Of a stretch of DNA of 64,000 bases, positions 48,880 through 61,457 are shown piece by piece (within the stretch, counting starts at the first letter, position 1; each line of letters opens with the position of its first letter). Under the pieces are notes generated by a model. That model saw only the letters and a list, made by a program, of their open reading frames with translations, had not been told where the DNA came from and made no database searches. Both the position numbers and the translations under genes were made by a program. This stretch comes from Neodothiora populina (Eukaryota): NCBI RefSeq assembly GCF_041146345.1, contig NW_027191413.1:2046001-2110000 (forward strand), in the 5' to 3' direction.

Positions 48880-51383
48880 TCAAATGCCGGCAAGGCCCCA
48901 GCCAGCATAAGCCTGGGCCGAATTTGGGGCAAGCATGTTGGCAGAGTTTGTACAGATATTGCAGATGTAAGATGGTGGCATGTTATGAGGATCTATTCCC
49001 AGACACGCTGCATGGAGAAACATGTTACAGAAGCCACAGGCTATCGCACCACGACCGTCGTCAAAGGGGAGGTTGCAAACACAACGGAACATGGGGCCTT
49101 GTACATGATTCATGGGAGGGGGAACAGGGTATGACACCTGCATGGGCGCGCAGTCGACGGGGTACTGCGGGCGGTTGTATTGATACGTCGGTATCGGAGC
49201 TGCAAGACTCTGAGACTTTTGGTGGAACTTGCGTTGCTCGAAGATCGGTGGCGGTGGAGGAGGAGGCTGACGCGCAATAACCGGGATCGCCTCTGTCAGT
49301 TCGGGGCCCTCGGGTTTGTTAGGTCCGCGGCTGGATCTCATCTGCCTCAGCGCAGAACCGGCGTCGCTCTGTTGTGATGCAGAAAGATCGCTTGAACTAG
49401 ATTCAAAAGACGCAAGACTCTCAAAAGAGCTATTGAGCGAGGCCAACGTATTACGCCTGCTGTGCGCATATCCTCTGGGCTTTTGGGTACTGCTTTGGCG
49501 TCGCAGCTGTGTGATAGAGGAATAGCTTGATTTCGAGGGTGTCTTGAGTGAAGCAAGTGAGGCAGAAGAATTCGAGCGAGGCAAGTGAAGGTTCTCCAAG
49601 TCTTCCAAAGGAGGATCGAGCTTAGCAACTTTCGCATGTCTCTCATCTCTTGCTTGCGAAAGAGAGCTGTTCCGACTTGGCCATTGTGTTGTAGAGTTCA
49701 CTACAGGTGTTTCGGACTCACTATCAGACTCATCCCACAACGAAGGATACTTCTCCCTTGCAGATTTAGTAGGACTGGTGTCAACCACCCGCGTCTCGGT
49801 TCTGGCCCTTCCATTCGAATCGACAGTCAACACAATCGATGTCCGTACACTGGGCTTTGGGGTCTCTGATATAGATGACAGGGAGACGTGGCTCATGCGA
49901 TCTCGCTTCAGTGGAGACATGCGTCGAGGCAAGTTGACAGCGGAGTTGCTTCTCGTGAGCATGTTTGACTGTCCCATGTCTGGAGCGGCATGTGCTGGAT
50001 TGGATCTCAAGCTAGTAAGGGTATTACTTCGCTGTAGTTCCGGTCTGCCGGATGCAGCCTGTGAGTTCGGTCTCGAACCACTACTTGCCGTCGAGGATCT
50101 GAAGCGATTAGCACGAGGAGTGTCAAGCTCTTGCCGCGGATCGGTCAAAGTGTGCTGATAGGGGACACGGTTAGCACCAGCAGAAGGAGATGATCGATTT
50201 GACGAGGTCGTCTTCGAGCTGTCTGTTGTGGAAGGCCTGCTCGGTGAACTGTAGACCAGGCTCGGGTCAACGCTAGCAGGGCCGAGCCTTTTCTTCTCTG
50301 GACTTTGACGAGGCCCATAGAGATGACCACCGTAGTTAGGATTGCGAGTTCCATCCGATGTGGAGGGACGGGATCTATGAGCACCAGTATTTCGTAGACC
50401 ACTTGCTGCCGAATAACTGCGTGTCAACGACCCGCTGCTTTCAGGTTGTGGGAAGGGTGCAGAGCCAACAACGAACGGGTCATCAAGAGTAGCCCAAGGC
50501 TGGTTGTTGTTTGTGTTGCTCATAGGTCGGGGTTGGGGGGCGAAGACCATAGTCGACTGAGAGGACTGCAATTGTGATTGAGGAGGCTGGTAAGGAAACT
50601 GGTATTGTGTCTGAGGCATGTTGGCTTGAATAATTTTGGAGGGTGAGGCATCACGATGAGACATCTGGTTGGGCTGGAAGAAGTTGTGGTGGTCCGGGAC
50701 CCCAGGTTTGTTGTCAGCCAATGACAAAGGCGTCCCGAAAGCTGCTGGTTCGTTGCGGCCGGTGCGATTTTTGATAGATGAGCCTCGAGTCGGGGGAGGT
50801 GTGTTCATTTGATACATATCAGGAGGGGTTGGGTATATGTTCTGGCTTTGAGGGGGAACGGCATCTTGAAGTTCCTTCCCGATCGGTGCAGCTGGAGCTA
50901 ACGTTGGTCGGCCTTGTGGAGCGAATGCTTGCTGTAAAGTTGGAGGTTGCTGTTGCTGTTGTTGGAGTTGATGCTGCTGCTGCTGCTGCTGCTGCTGTTG
51001 GGGAAAGGTTTGGGCATATGCATGTTGCAGCATGTGAGTGTTTTGTTGGGGGTAAAATGAGCCATCGCCAAAGTCCAATGTCGAGCCACCAATTTGGGCG
51101 GGAGCAGGCTGGTCCCGTTGGAGCTGCTGGTGCTGGTGCTGTTGCTGTTGTTGCTGATGAGACTCGAGATAAGGTGAAAAAGCATCCTGAAAATGAGCGT
51201 TCAGTGCAGGCGTCTGCAGCGTGTTACACTCAAATGAGGCAGTCGTCGGAGTGGAAGACGGCGTGAGGAATTGCCAATCCCTTGTCTCGAGTATCAGCAA
51301 GCTTGTTCCTTCTTTCTCTCGACATCTGCCACTATTGCAAGCAACATATGTCGAAGGGGAAATTCATGTAATTACCAGTCCAT
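48880..51383 (-). CDS. Gln/Ser-rich disordered protein with a C-terminal PHD finger
   Basis: 806-codon open frame ending RCVCNLPFDDGRGAIACGFCNMFLHAACLGIDPHNMPPSYICNIC (C4HC3). The start is inferred as an 8-nt first exon (ATGGACTG, 51383-51376) plus intron 51375-51281, giving MDWDWQFLTP. Confidence 0.82.
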
Positions 51384-53827
51384 ATTTGCGGGGTAGTGCC
51401 TTGTGCACACCGAGACACCTTTTTCTCCTCACTGTAAACTCCAGATACTTGGACCCCGAGTCGAGTGTGCGCGAAGACGAAGTGGTTGAGACAAAAGAGA
51501 GTCAAGAAAGTCGCACTGTGTAGCAGCAGAGTGATCGTTTCGAGAGGAATGAGGTCCGACAAGCACCAGACTTCCCCTTGCAGACCAGACCCGCACAGTC
51601 GTAGATTGACATGCCACGATCTTGGTTCCGGCCCCTACCATAGGTACGTTTGTCTAAAGTTTATGGCTTAGATTGACGGCTGCTAGCTTGGAACACGCAA
51701 TTGCCCCGGCGGCCGGTTTGTGGATTGGCAGAGCGTAATGCTCAAAGGAGTCGACGAGAGCACCTTACACACTTTAGCCAAACTGCTGCAACCCTCTCAT
51801 GCGTATTCGCTGTGCCGCCCGTTTACAACAGACGAGTAACCATGGTGCAGGCTGTAGCACCGTTGTATCCCTTTCATACCATCGCCCGAGTGGTTATAAA
51901 GTGGATCATCAATGTTCCTCGGAACCCTCGCTACTATTTGCTTTGGTCAGGGAAGTCTCGAGGAGAAAGCTGTGTAGCTCGACTCCGCTCCACACGAAAA
52001 GTGGGTGCGTGAGTTGAAACATCTTCTGGTCGGCTGAACCATCACAGCATGCAGGCACCAATATCAAGCCAAGCAATGCTTCATGAGGGGACACTTTGAT
52101 ATACGACAAATGCCTTACGATTCAGCGCCACTCCTTCGTATCGCCACATGGTACATGATAACAAGTCTCGACTTGCCTACTACGTTTTCTTCCCTTTGTC
52201 ATACTCATTTCTTTAATTTCGCTATATCGTTGAAAGCACGTTTTTGACCTTCCCCTTCGGTTGAACTTATCCAAAGTTGGGCCAAACGCTTAATCTTATC
52301 GGGCTTTTTCGCTTAATGAGAAAATTGAACCTCCTTGGAATCCCCAGGAAAACAAATCATGCAACGTCTCCACCACTTTCGCTGTCGATACCTTAGACTT
52401 AGAAACAGAGGCTGGCAGAATCCATCATTATCGGTGACTCCGCTGTGAGCAAGTCAAGATAGCTGTGACTTGTCAATGCATATTGTAACTTTACTCTTGC
52501 TAGTCGTCCCAGTAGATCGACCTCGCTAGAAGCTCATCTCTAGATTGATTACCCATTCCAGACACGATCAACAAGGGCTTGGCCGAGTCGACGATCACCC
52601 GTGGTGCCGCGATGCCCTCCCCAACCTCTTCCGGTCATATGGGACGAAGGAAAAGGCCGTTAATGGATAGCAAGCGCCATTCCCGCTTTCTCAAATATCT
52701 CATGATCAACGCTGCATGCATGCCTAAGGTAACCATTAAAACTGCCGGGTAACCCGTCCGCTGGAACTTGATATGGCAATCACTTGTCACAGGCGTTTAC
52801 CCACTTTCTCATGCTGCGAACACCACTTCTTTCTATGCGGTTTCACATTTCCACACTCGAATATGATATGCCGCTTTACATTCCGCTGAATTTATGGGCA
52901 GCCACAAAATACAAGCCCTGCTCTGCACGTGCCTTGGTGCCGGCGGCCGCGAATACAAAATGCTTGCGCGAGTCGATATCACAGACTATGCAAACAAGCT
53001 ACAGCATTAGCCGCATATTCATCCCCTAGTTAGCGCGCCTTTTGTCTTTCCTCACCTTGTGATGTGCCCTCGATCACAGGTACAATGCGGCTAGACACGC
53101 TGTCTGTTGGAGGTACGTCAGTACAAGTCACAGCACTTTGGTTGCTCTTGTCGAGCCCTGCAGGAGCAAAGGAAGCCAACCATGTGATTGATGGGATTCC
53201 CGAGACGTCATGATCCCTAATCAGCAAAGTGTATCACATGTACGTCTGCATTAGTCTTGCTACACGGTGATCGTTTCGTGGGGGAATGCTACATGATGCT
53301 CGTAGCAGTGCCTAGACGACTCGAACAGTAGAGAGGCAGATATAATTGGATATGGCATGGTGGGGGTAGACCGATCCGAAGAACACACGATTGCGAGAGT
53401 TGCAGGTTTATCCGACAGTATTTACTTGCTGATAAAGGAGTTGTTATGGTTATATGGTCCGTGGCTGGGTGTTACTGTCGATGCTACTATCATGTATTCC
53501 ATCTTGTACAGTAGGTACGATGAAGCAAGATAAGGTAGTATGTATGAGCCTTCGGGTCGAAATCAATTGCAGAGTGTACAGAGGTAGCATTAAGCGATCA
53601 ATTAAGCATATCTGTTTATGTTTCTCCTATTCGGCCTTCCCGGTATTGTCTTTCCTATGCTATGGGTTCTCGGAAGCGCAATCTTTCCGATGAGACTGTG
53701 GAGAAGCTGAACCGACAATTAAGCGAATTTACTTTATGCAAAGCACCATCCCTGCAAATAGATATGATCGATGCGAGTTCCGTTCTTATCTCCCGTGTGG
53801 GCATCGCGCCGAGACATCAGTTACTAC

Positions 53828-56800
53828 CTACTCCTCCCACAATGGAGCAACTACCTCGGCGGCCCTTTCAACCACAGCTTTGATTCTCTCTCTTAAGCTC
53901 TTGGTGCTACACTCGACTTCCAACGTCTCTAGCCAAATCTTAGCGCTGAACTTCTCATCCAAGGTGATTTCAAGTCCCGGTACAGGGATACCCGCTGCGT
54001 GCAAGCGCTCCAGCTCAGCCAACTCGCGCTGCGCTCGGACCTTCTCTGCCGCCATGTCATCGCCTTCTGTAGCCTCTTCAGATGCAGTGCCATTCTCTTG
54101 CAGCGAAGGTGGAAGTTTGGGTTTTTCGATGGGCTTGATGGCATCCTCGCCGAACTGAGCTTCGAGAAACATGCATAGCCTGGACAACCGTTCCTGTGGG
54201 TCCATGCTTGCATGAGGATTGCGCTTCGGCAGGTCTTCGTCTTGATCATGAGAGTGGGAGTGTGAGTGTGGTCTCGACGATTGCTTGACGGCGGCCGGAC
54301 TGCTTTCGACGGTAAAGAGAACAGCGAGAACGGCATCTGCAATTCCATCGTTGCTCATGTTGCCCTCCCACTCTACCTCAACTTCACCCTGAGCAAGGCA
54401 AGCGATTGTAACTGCATTCATGACTTGGAGAATCATGGGTGCTTCGCGGTTGATCTCCTCATCGGCGTCCTCTTCCTCTTGTTTAGTGCTATCGCCGTTG
54501 CTAGCACTATTCTTGCCGGCCTTGGGTGGGGCAGAGACGGTCTTGATCGAGCCAAAAGTACCTTCTAGGGCCCATTTAATTAGATCCACTCCCGCTGCCG
54601 ATAGCGTCAACCGTTGGCGGCATACGATCGTGGTTGTAGTCAACCCGGCATATTCTTTGAGGTCTTCTGCGGCCATGAGACTCAGCTTGAAGTCGTTTTG
54701 TACCAGTACGCCTGTGACGATCTGACCATCAGATGGCTGCACCTTGACCTTCTTATCGGTAGGTCCGCCAGCCTCATCTTCGGACGAAGGCGGTGACGGG
54801 AGTGCTTTTGGGACCTGGATCTCGTTCGCCAAGCGTCCGACAACCTTTGCGATCTTGTCTTGACGAAAAGGGATGCGAAGCTCCTCACAGTTGGCTGGCG
54901 AGAAGATCTTTGTCGGGACCGCTTTGCTGGCGTTTAGTGATAGAAGCTTGGACTTCAAGCGCATCATGTTTGTCTTCTCGCCGTGCACGAGAATGACGAC
55001 CGGCGCCTGGACTTCCTCGATGAATTCCCTGTTCTCTGTTCCGTCGACGTGAGCTGCGAACGAGTATTCGTCTACTGTGCACCTTCGAGGTATCATGACT
55101 TTTTCGCCGTCCGCTCCTGGCCTACCTCTGCCGCCGACGCCTTGCACGCGGCCTCCCACACCACGAGAGGTGACAGCAGGAATGCTTTCTGGCTCGGTCA
55201 TGATCATCTTGGCCATGGTACCTTCGACACTGTAACCAGTAATGACGACTCCATTCTTTGGATCAGGAGCCCAACGTTCAAGCAAAGCACGTGACACACC
55301 GTTCTGGAGCATACCAGGAGAGGCAAGCATTACACAGCCACCAACATCGTCGAAGCGGTCAAGAGACTTCAGACTTCGAATCCATCGGAAGTCCCAAGGT
55401 CCTCCGGTGCCAGAGCCCTCCTTGTCACTGCTTGCATCGTTGCTTGCTTCGGCAAGGCGGTTCTGAAATATGGATCTGATGTTGTCGTTCATGGCATCGA
55501 TGTAAGTTTGGTAGACCAGCATGCACTTCTTCGCGAGATTGCTTGCATAGTAAATGGGGTATCTTCGGAAGTCTGGGTGACGATTCCAATAGTCCTCAAG
55601 GATCAGCAAAAGCTCTTGAGCTCTACCGATAGCAAACACAGGCATGAGCACGCGACCGCCCCGGTTCAGAATATTCGTGACCGTCCTCATCAATTTCGTC
55701 TCGCGCTCCAAGCGAGGAATGTGTGAAGCAACGCCGAAGGTTGACTCGGTGATGAGCACGTCAACTTTGACGTTCTTGGGCACTGCTGCAGGGATAAGAT
55801 GCCTGTCGTGCTCCCGGGAGTAATCTCCTGTGAAAAGGATGTTGAGACCGGCGATTTCAATGAGAAACATTGCGGCACCCAGAACGTGACCAGCTGGGTA
55901 TGGCGTTATGCGCACAGATGAGTGTGTATGCGTGGTATGAAAGGCAACTGTCTGAATCAGAGGGAGGGTGGACAGGACGTCTTGTTCGGTGAAAAGCTGG
56001 TTCAAGTTCTCGGATGAAGCGTGAGTATTCCTGTATTAGGTCAGACGATGTCCAGTCGGGTCAGAATGTGGACGATTGAACTTACTGCACACGAACCGAG
56101 TCCTGCATAAGCCATTTGTAGATGGCTTTAGTAGGATGTGTCATGAAGACTCTTCCTTTGAAATTCGTCTTTGCTAGAACGTATGGAAGAGAGGCGGCAT
56201 GGTCCATGTGAAAGCTGTGGTGCTTGGTCAGCTCTCGAGCTCAACGGAGAGCCTTCTGGCGATAGGCAAACTGGAACAAAACTTCGGGAACACAGGAGTT
56301 GGATGCGGTCACAGACACAGCGGTGGTTAAAAGCAAATTTATATTTCGTTATGTACATAGTATACACGGATATACCCATGCCGACTCGAGGTGGGCAGAG
56401 GGAGAATCTGAAGTGCGTAGTGTGCTGGATGTAGGGCTATGCTGTGACCGCACTCTTGAACTCATGATACCAAGCGGAAAGAAAGGAAATAGAGTAATGG
56501 TAGTCGAGATACGTTACTTGACTTACTGGGTGATGAGTAGGATGTCTACGGTACTTAGATCAAACTCGTCGTAGAATGGTAATGAAGCCAGTCCATCGTA
56601 CGCGGGATGGACACCAGCATCGAGCTGTCGTATGGTCAGTACGAGCATTGTATGCTAAGGACAGGGGCCTCTTCTTTCCGGTCATACCATGATGGTCTTG
56701 CCCTTGTATTGAATGATGTGACATGATCTTCCGACTTCGTTACCACCACCAAGACAGATAAATGTAAGTTCATCTGAGGGGTCTACGGGCTCCTCTTGCT

Positions 56801-56837
56801 CTGGCGTAGCGGTGTCTAGCTTACGCTTGGTAGCCAT
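53828..56837 (-). CDS. YSH1: Pre-mRNA 3'-end endoribonuclease Ysh1 / CPSF73 (metallo-beta-lactamase, beta-CASP)
   Basis: Exons 56837-56688, 56624-56527, 56214-56086, 56030-53828. Motifs [82 protein letters not shown]. Confidence 0.97.
56304..56452 (-). promoter_or_regulatory. Long-range RNA stem in YSH1 intron 2 enclosing a poly(A)-signal-like block
   Basis: Transcript arms UGCGGUCACAG-CAUAGC (56452-56436) and GCUGUG-U-CUGUGACCGCA (56321-56304): 11 perfect bp plus 6 more with one G-U. The loop holds UGUA x2, AAAUAUAAA and UUUGCUUUU. Confidence 0.6.
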
Positions 56838-57726
56838 TGTGTATATTGTGTGGATGTCGGACGATCTGGCAGCGAAGTGTCGTTTAAGTGGCAGGCGCGC
56901 AACAGTGTTCAGGGCGTGTCAAGGTACGGACTGTTTCCTCTTTGGTGACAGACTGGCTTTATAGCATCGTCTCGGCGGCACTGAGAGCTCTAAAAGTTCT
57001 ATTTTAAGACAGCAGGACGTCAAGCTGTTTTGTGAGTATATCGTCAACAACAGGATCAGTGTCAGACCGTCGATTCAGGGTAGACAGGGTAGACAACAGG
57101 ACTGGAGTGAGCGTCGAAAGGTAGCGCAAGGAAGCACGGAAGTTACCGCCAAGCCAAGCGGCTCTTTCGTGAAAGGTGAAAGCGTCCAGCAACCAAAGGA
57201 TTGATGCTACTGGATGACACTGTCTATACAGGTAATCTTTGTATACCTTACCTTTGGTCCCTTTCAGTTGGGTTCTTCATTACTAAAGGTCATCTACGCG
57301 CATAATTTGCTCATATTGTCGCATCGACCACAGTCATATTATTGATACACGATCTGTCTCGCCTATACAACGTTGGCAGACAATTTATTCATTGCGCTCC
57401 AAGCGACCTTGCTAGGCTACCACGCGAGATCACGCATACACGACCTGAATACCGTCATCCAGCACCCAGAGTTATAGCAATAACTCAGATTGACGATTTA
57501 CAAAAACAAACACTTTTACTCATTACATCTCCATCTCTGACCCATATTCCTAGGAGGCAAGAGCATGGACTGAGTGTGCGCGCGCATTGAGGAAGTCGCT
57601 GCGCCGCAGCTACGTCTTCTTGCAGAAAGTGTGCGCAACACCGCTCACAACATTGAGCTTTGGTCTCGGATAAGGAAGGCACGCGTGGTAGTGTAAGGTG
57701 GAGAGGATCACCTTCGACATTTAGTC

Positions 57727-59888
57727 ATGTCGCAACAACCATCACCATCGCCTCACGGCCAGCAGCAGCCATACCAGCAGCAGCCACAGATCACACAGCA
57801 ATCTCCGCAGCAGTCACCGCAGCCATTGCAGCAACCTTTGCCGCAAGCGCCACAGGTCCAGGTCCACCAAACGCAGCAGGTGCAGCAAACACAGCAGCCA
57901 CATGTACCGCAGCTACCACCACAACCTCAACAACAGCAGCAGCAGCAGCAGCAGCAGATGCAACCTGTCCATCCTCCTGCGTCTTTCCCTGTCTCTGCAA
58001 CTACTCCTGCCGTGCCACATGTTCAACCACCGGTCAACAGGCCCTACTCTCCCTACCAAAGCGCGCCCTCACCTGGACCTGGTATCGCGGTGCCGCCAAA
58101 CAAGAGACAGCGCCTGTCGCCCAATCCTTCATCACCACAGACAGTGCAGTATGCTTCGCCTGATGCTCCCTACCAGACAACGCCATACCCGAACACCCCG
58201 ACTCCGTACGCGCAGAACACGCCATACAACTCCTATTCTCCTGTCGCTGCCCCCAGCCCTCCACCGTTCAATACGCCTCAGCCATATGCTGCGTCACCTG
58301 TCGCTGGAGGCGCCATGGGTCCTCCTCCACGTCCCAATGCAGACAAGCCCGAAAAGGAAGAAAAGGACAAGATTCACGACATCAACGATGTGACCGACGT
58401 GTTTCACGGCTCAGGCATTGATTTGCGAGAGGAGGAAAACTACATGAGCAGTACCTTTCGCAACACACATGCCACCGGCTCGTACAATAACTCCTTTGGA
58501 TCCACCTCGACTGTGCCCTCACCCAATAGTAGTTTTGGTTATCTGAGCCAGGGTAACCTGGGTTCTCAGACAGCTTTTGCAGGCAACGGCCCCGTCTCGC
58601 AAGCCCCTGCGACTCAAGAGGACATACAGAAGGAGGTTGAGCGCAAACACGCAGCCGCAGCCCGCGAGCTGGCCATCAGTCGGCAGCAGCACCTTAAGGA
58701 CTCATTCCTCGTATCCAACAGAATCCGCCACCGCATGCATCAGGTCGCCTACGAACAAGGTGTTGCTTTAAACGTCGAAGGACTATTCGACAAGATTGAT
58801 CCAACCCCGAATACTCAGACCATGACCGGCCCGAATGGTCAAGGTATTGCTGCGATCCAGGACAAGGACAAGCGGGGCCTGCAGGAGAAACCCAAAGATG
58901 GTTACCTTCAGGAGACAGCTCCACTTGCTGATATTCTCACTCTCGTCTCCGTCGCGGCTAACGAACGCCTGAGAGCTATGCTCGACGATGCGTATCGCCT
59001 GGCTCGTGCTCGGCGTTATGGCAGTCATGGCCTGGTGCCGCCAGACTTGGCCGACCTCGCAACCGGGGATGATCCTCAGCCGACCACTGCTGTTCCGGAT
59101 CCCATAATCGACCCGGAGTGGGAGAATCGCAAGAGGGGGTCGGATGGGAACATCAAAGGTGAGTTCCGACTATGATTATGATCTTGAGTCTGTACTGACA
59201 TATATATAAAGCCAAGGACTCCGCCAGCCCTGCGCCTACGATATCCTTTTCCGATACATTGTCGAAGCACCTTATCAATCTGGCCATACAAGATCGCGAT
59301 GCCGAGAAAGAGCGTGTCAGGAAACGGCAGGAGCGTGCAAGACGTCTGGCAGCGAAAAACGACGACGGTGCGATGGATCTCAAGCCGGACATCAGCACAC
59401 CAAGCGCAACACCAGCGCCTGAGACCTCTCAAGTCGCGCCGGAGAAGCCGATGACCAAAAAGGAGCGTGAGAGGCAGGCTAAGCTGGGACAGACGGAAGA
59501 TGTCCTGCACAAGAACGCCAATGTGACGGCAGCAATGGCATTGGGATTAGGCAAGAAGAAGAAATACAATTGGATGAGTGGTGGTGCATCGGCAGTACCA
59601 TCTAATCCTTTCAAGGCAGCCAAGCCTGCTCCAAGTCCCATGGCGAACGGCACACCGTCCGGGAAAAGTCCTGCAGGCAGTGCCGAGCCCAAGATCGACA
59701 AGGCTCTGCAAGTGCGAGAACGGAAATGGGGTGGCTGGCGCGAAGACGGCATCGAAGGGCGGGGGATTCAGATCCGGGACTGGGTCCAAGTCCTCGAGCG
59801 CGATGGAAGGGAAAAGAAGGCTCTCCAAAAGGCGTTGTTGCGGCTCGACAGCCCTAGTCCCGCACCGTCTGGCACTCCAGGCCCGTAG
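57727..59888 (+). CDS. TAF4: TFIID subunit Taf4 family protein
   Basis: Q/P-rich N-terminus, GSGIDLREEE, histone-fold-like LVSVAANERLRAML. Intron 59159-59211, then ANVTAAMALGLGKKKKYNWM and IQIRDWVQVLERD. Confidence 0.88.
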
Positions 59889-60136
59889 GACAGACCTTAT
59901 AGACGAGGAGCGCGGCGACGATGAGCTGATAGAAGACGACTTGGACTTCCATATCACACCGGGCAGTGACATACTCCTACGCCTGGGGCATACTTTGCAT
60001 TAGCTAATCCTAGCCGCTTGGGCGGGACCTTACAAATGCTATAGAGAGAGCCAATTACATTCAGAGTATACTCAATCTTCTTCGAGACGCAGAGCAAATT
60101 AACAGTAAGGTCCTATAGGCCACTGACGAAGCCGCA

Positions 60137-60946
60137 TCAGCTCTTCGCGAGTCCTCCACCTTGTTTTCTACCGAATGTCACGGATTTTGGCACAAAGTTG
60201 AGAGCTGCGAGCGACCCTGTGATACTATTGATCACTGCGTCATCCGCTTGCTGGTCGATTGATTCAGTTTGCGTAGTTTGCGTAGTTTGATCCTCATCTG
60301 CCTGTGTCATAGGTACAGTACCCTCATCACCACAGATGTCCATCTTGACCGCATCGTGCCCATGACCGCGGCCCTTGTTGTTATCAACTGCTTCCGCAGT
60401 ACCTGTAGCAGCAGAAGAACGTCCTCGACCGCGATAGCTGCTCTCTGGCCTCAACATCGAAGTCCTGTTATCAATCCCATCATTGACAATGAAGAAGTCA
60501 TACTCGGGCGGAAACATGTGTTTCGCCACCAGGTGCATTCGCCGTTTCTGCCACGTGCTGCATACTTTGTCGCAACCCTCGACGAAACACTCATATGTCT
60601 TCTCGCCACGTTGCTCACGTCTCGCTGCGCGCAATGGGTCGTGGTTCTCAGCTATATGAAGATCCAAGAAGTGCTCAGTGGGGAAGTTGCGGTTGCACTC
60701 GAGACACCTGTTCACATGCGTCTTTTGGTAGTGCACCTCGTAATCGGAGTAACGCTCAAAGAGCAAGGGCTTATGAGGTGGCAAGGCGCACTGAATGGTC
60801 TGGCTGCTGCTTCCCTTGGTGGTTTCTGCGGGAGTTGCATCTAGATGGGTATACTTGCCGGGATGGACGATTTCTTGTGCGGCGGCAGATGATAAGTCTT
60901 GCTCATGCAGCGATACGTTGGAGTCCTGTCGCTGTCGCTTGGCCAT
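60137..60946 (-). CDS. C2H2 zinc-finger protein (ZNF511-like)
   Basis: CALPPH...YEVHYQKTHVNRCLECNRNFPTEHFLDLHIAENHD...YECFVEGCDKVCSTWQKRRMHLVAKHMFP; C-terminal FVPKSVTFGR. Start taken at MAKRQR. Confidence 0.85.
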   Translation of the reverse strand: MAKRQRQDSNVSLHEQDLSSAAAQEIVHPGKYTHLDATPAETTKGSSSQTIQCALPPHKPLLFERYSDYEVHYQKTHVNRCLECNRNFPTEHFLDLHIAENHDPLRAARREQRGEKTYECFVEGCDKVCSTWQKRRMHLVAKHMFPPEYDFFIVNDGIDNRTSMLRPESSYRGRGRSSAATGTAEAVDNNKGRGHGHDAVKMDICGDEGTVPMTQADEDQTTQTTQTESIDQQADDAVINSITGSLAALNFVPKSVTFGRKQGGGLAKS

Positions 60947-61457
60947 GATTGCACTCTGCTTGGCTTGACTGGAGACTGGCAGAACCGTAAATCGTTCTCT
61001 TGGCTTAGAATTGCGTGGAACAAAAGGGCGAGGCTTGGTGGTTAGTGCTGATATAGTGGTGGTAGTGTTACATTGGATAAACGGAAGATTGTATAGCCGA
61101 CCCCCGGCGGTCCATGACTTTCTCGCTCCTCTATTATTGTAATTAATATACTGGTGAATCTCCAGACACCTCGGTGGATCGTCAGCCTCTCGACCTTTCC
61201 ACATCACATTTGCCTTCACCTTCCGTGTATCAATCTGTCAACCACCACTCCCACATTACAGCGCCCAAGCCGCAAGCATCGACTTGTCGCGCTTACTTGC
61301 TTGTAATTCGCAATAATTCCTCTTTGCCCTCCATGGATCGCATCGGAACCTCCGCAATCTCCGGATACCATTGCTACATCTGACCTCGACACCGCGGGGT
61401 CGCAGAAACAACTGCGCGCTCAATGAAGAGCGTCAGCCCGCCGACATATTCGATACC

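Noticed and set aside
60947..61219. About 90-codon open extension upstream of the C2H2 gene start
   Set aside because: It lies in the short divergent promoter and has no protein-like features; MAKRQR is the more plausible start, although an in-frame ATG at 61204 is not formally excluded.
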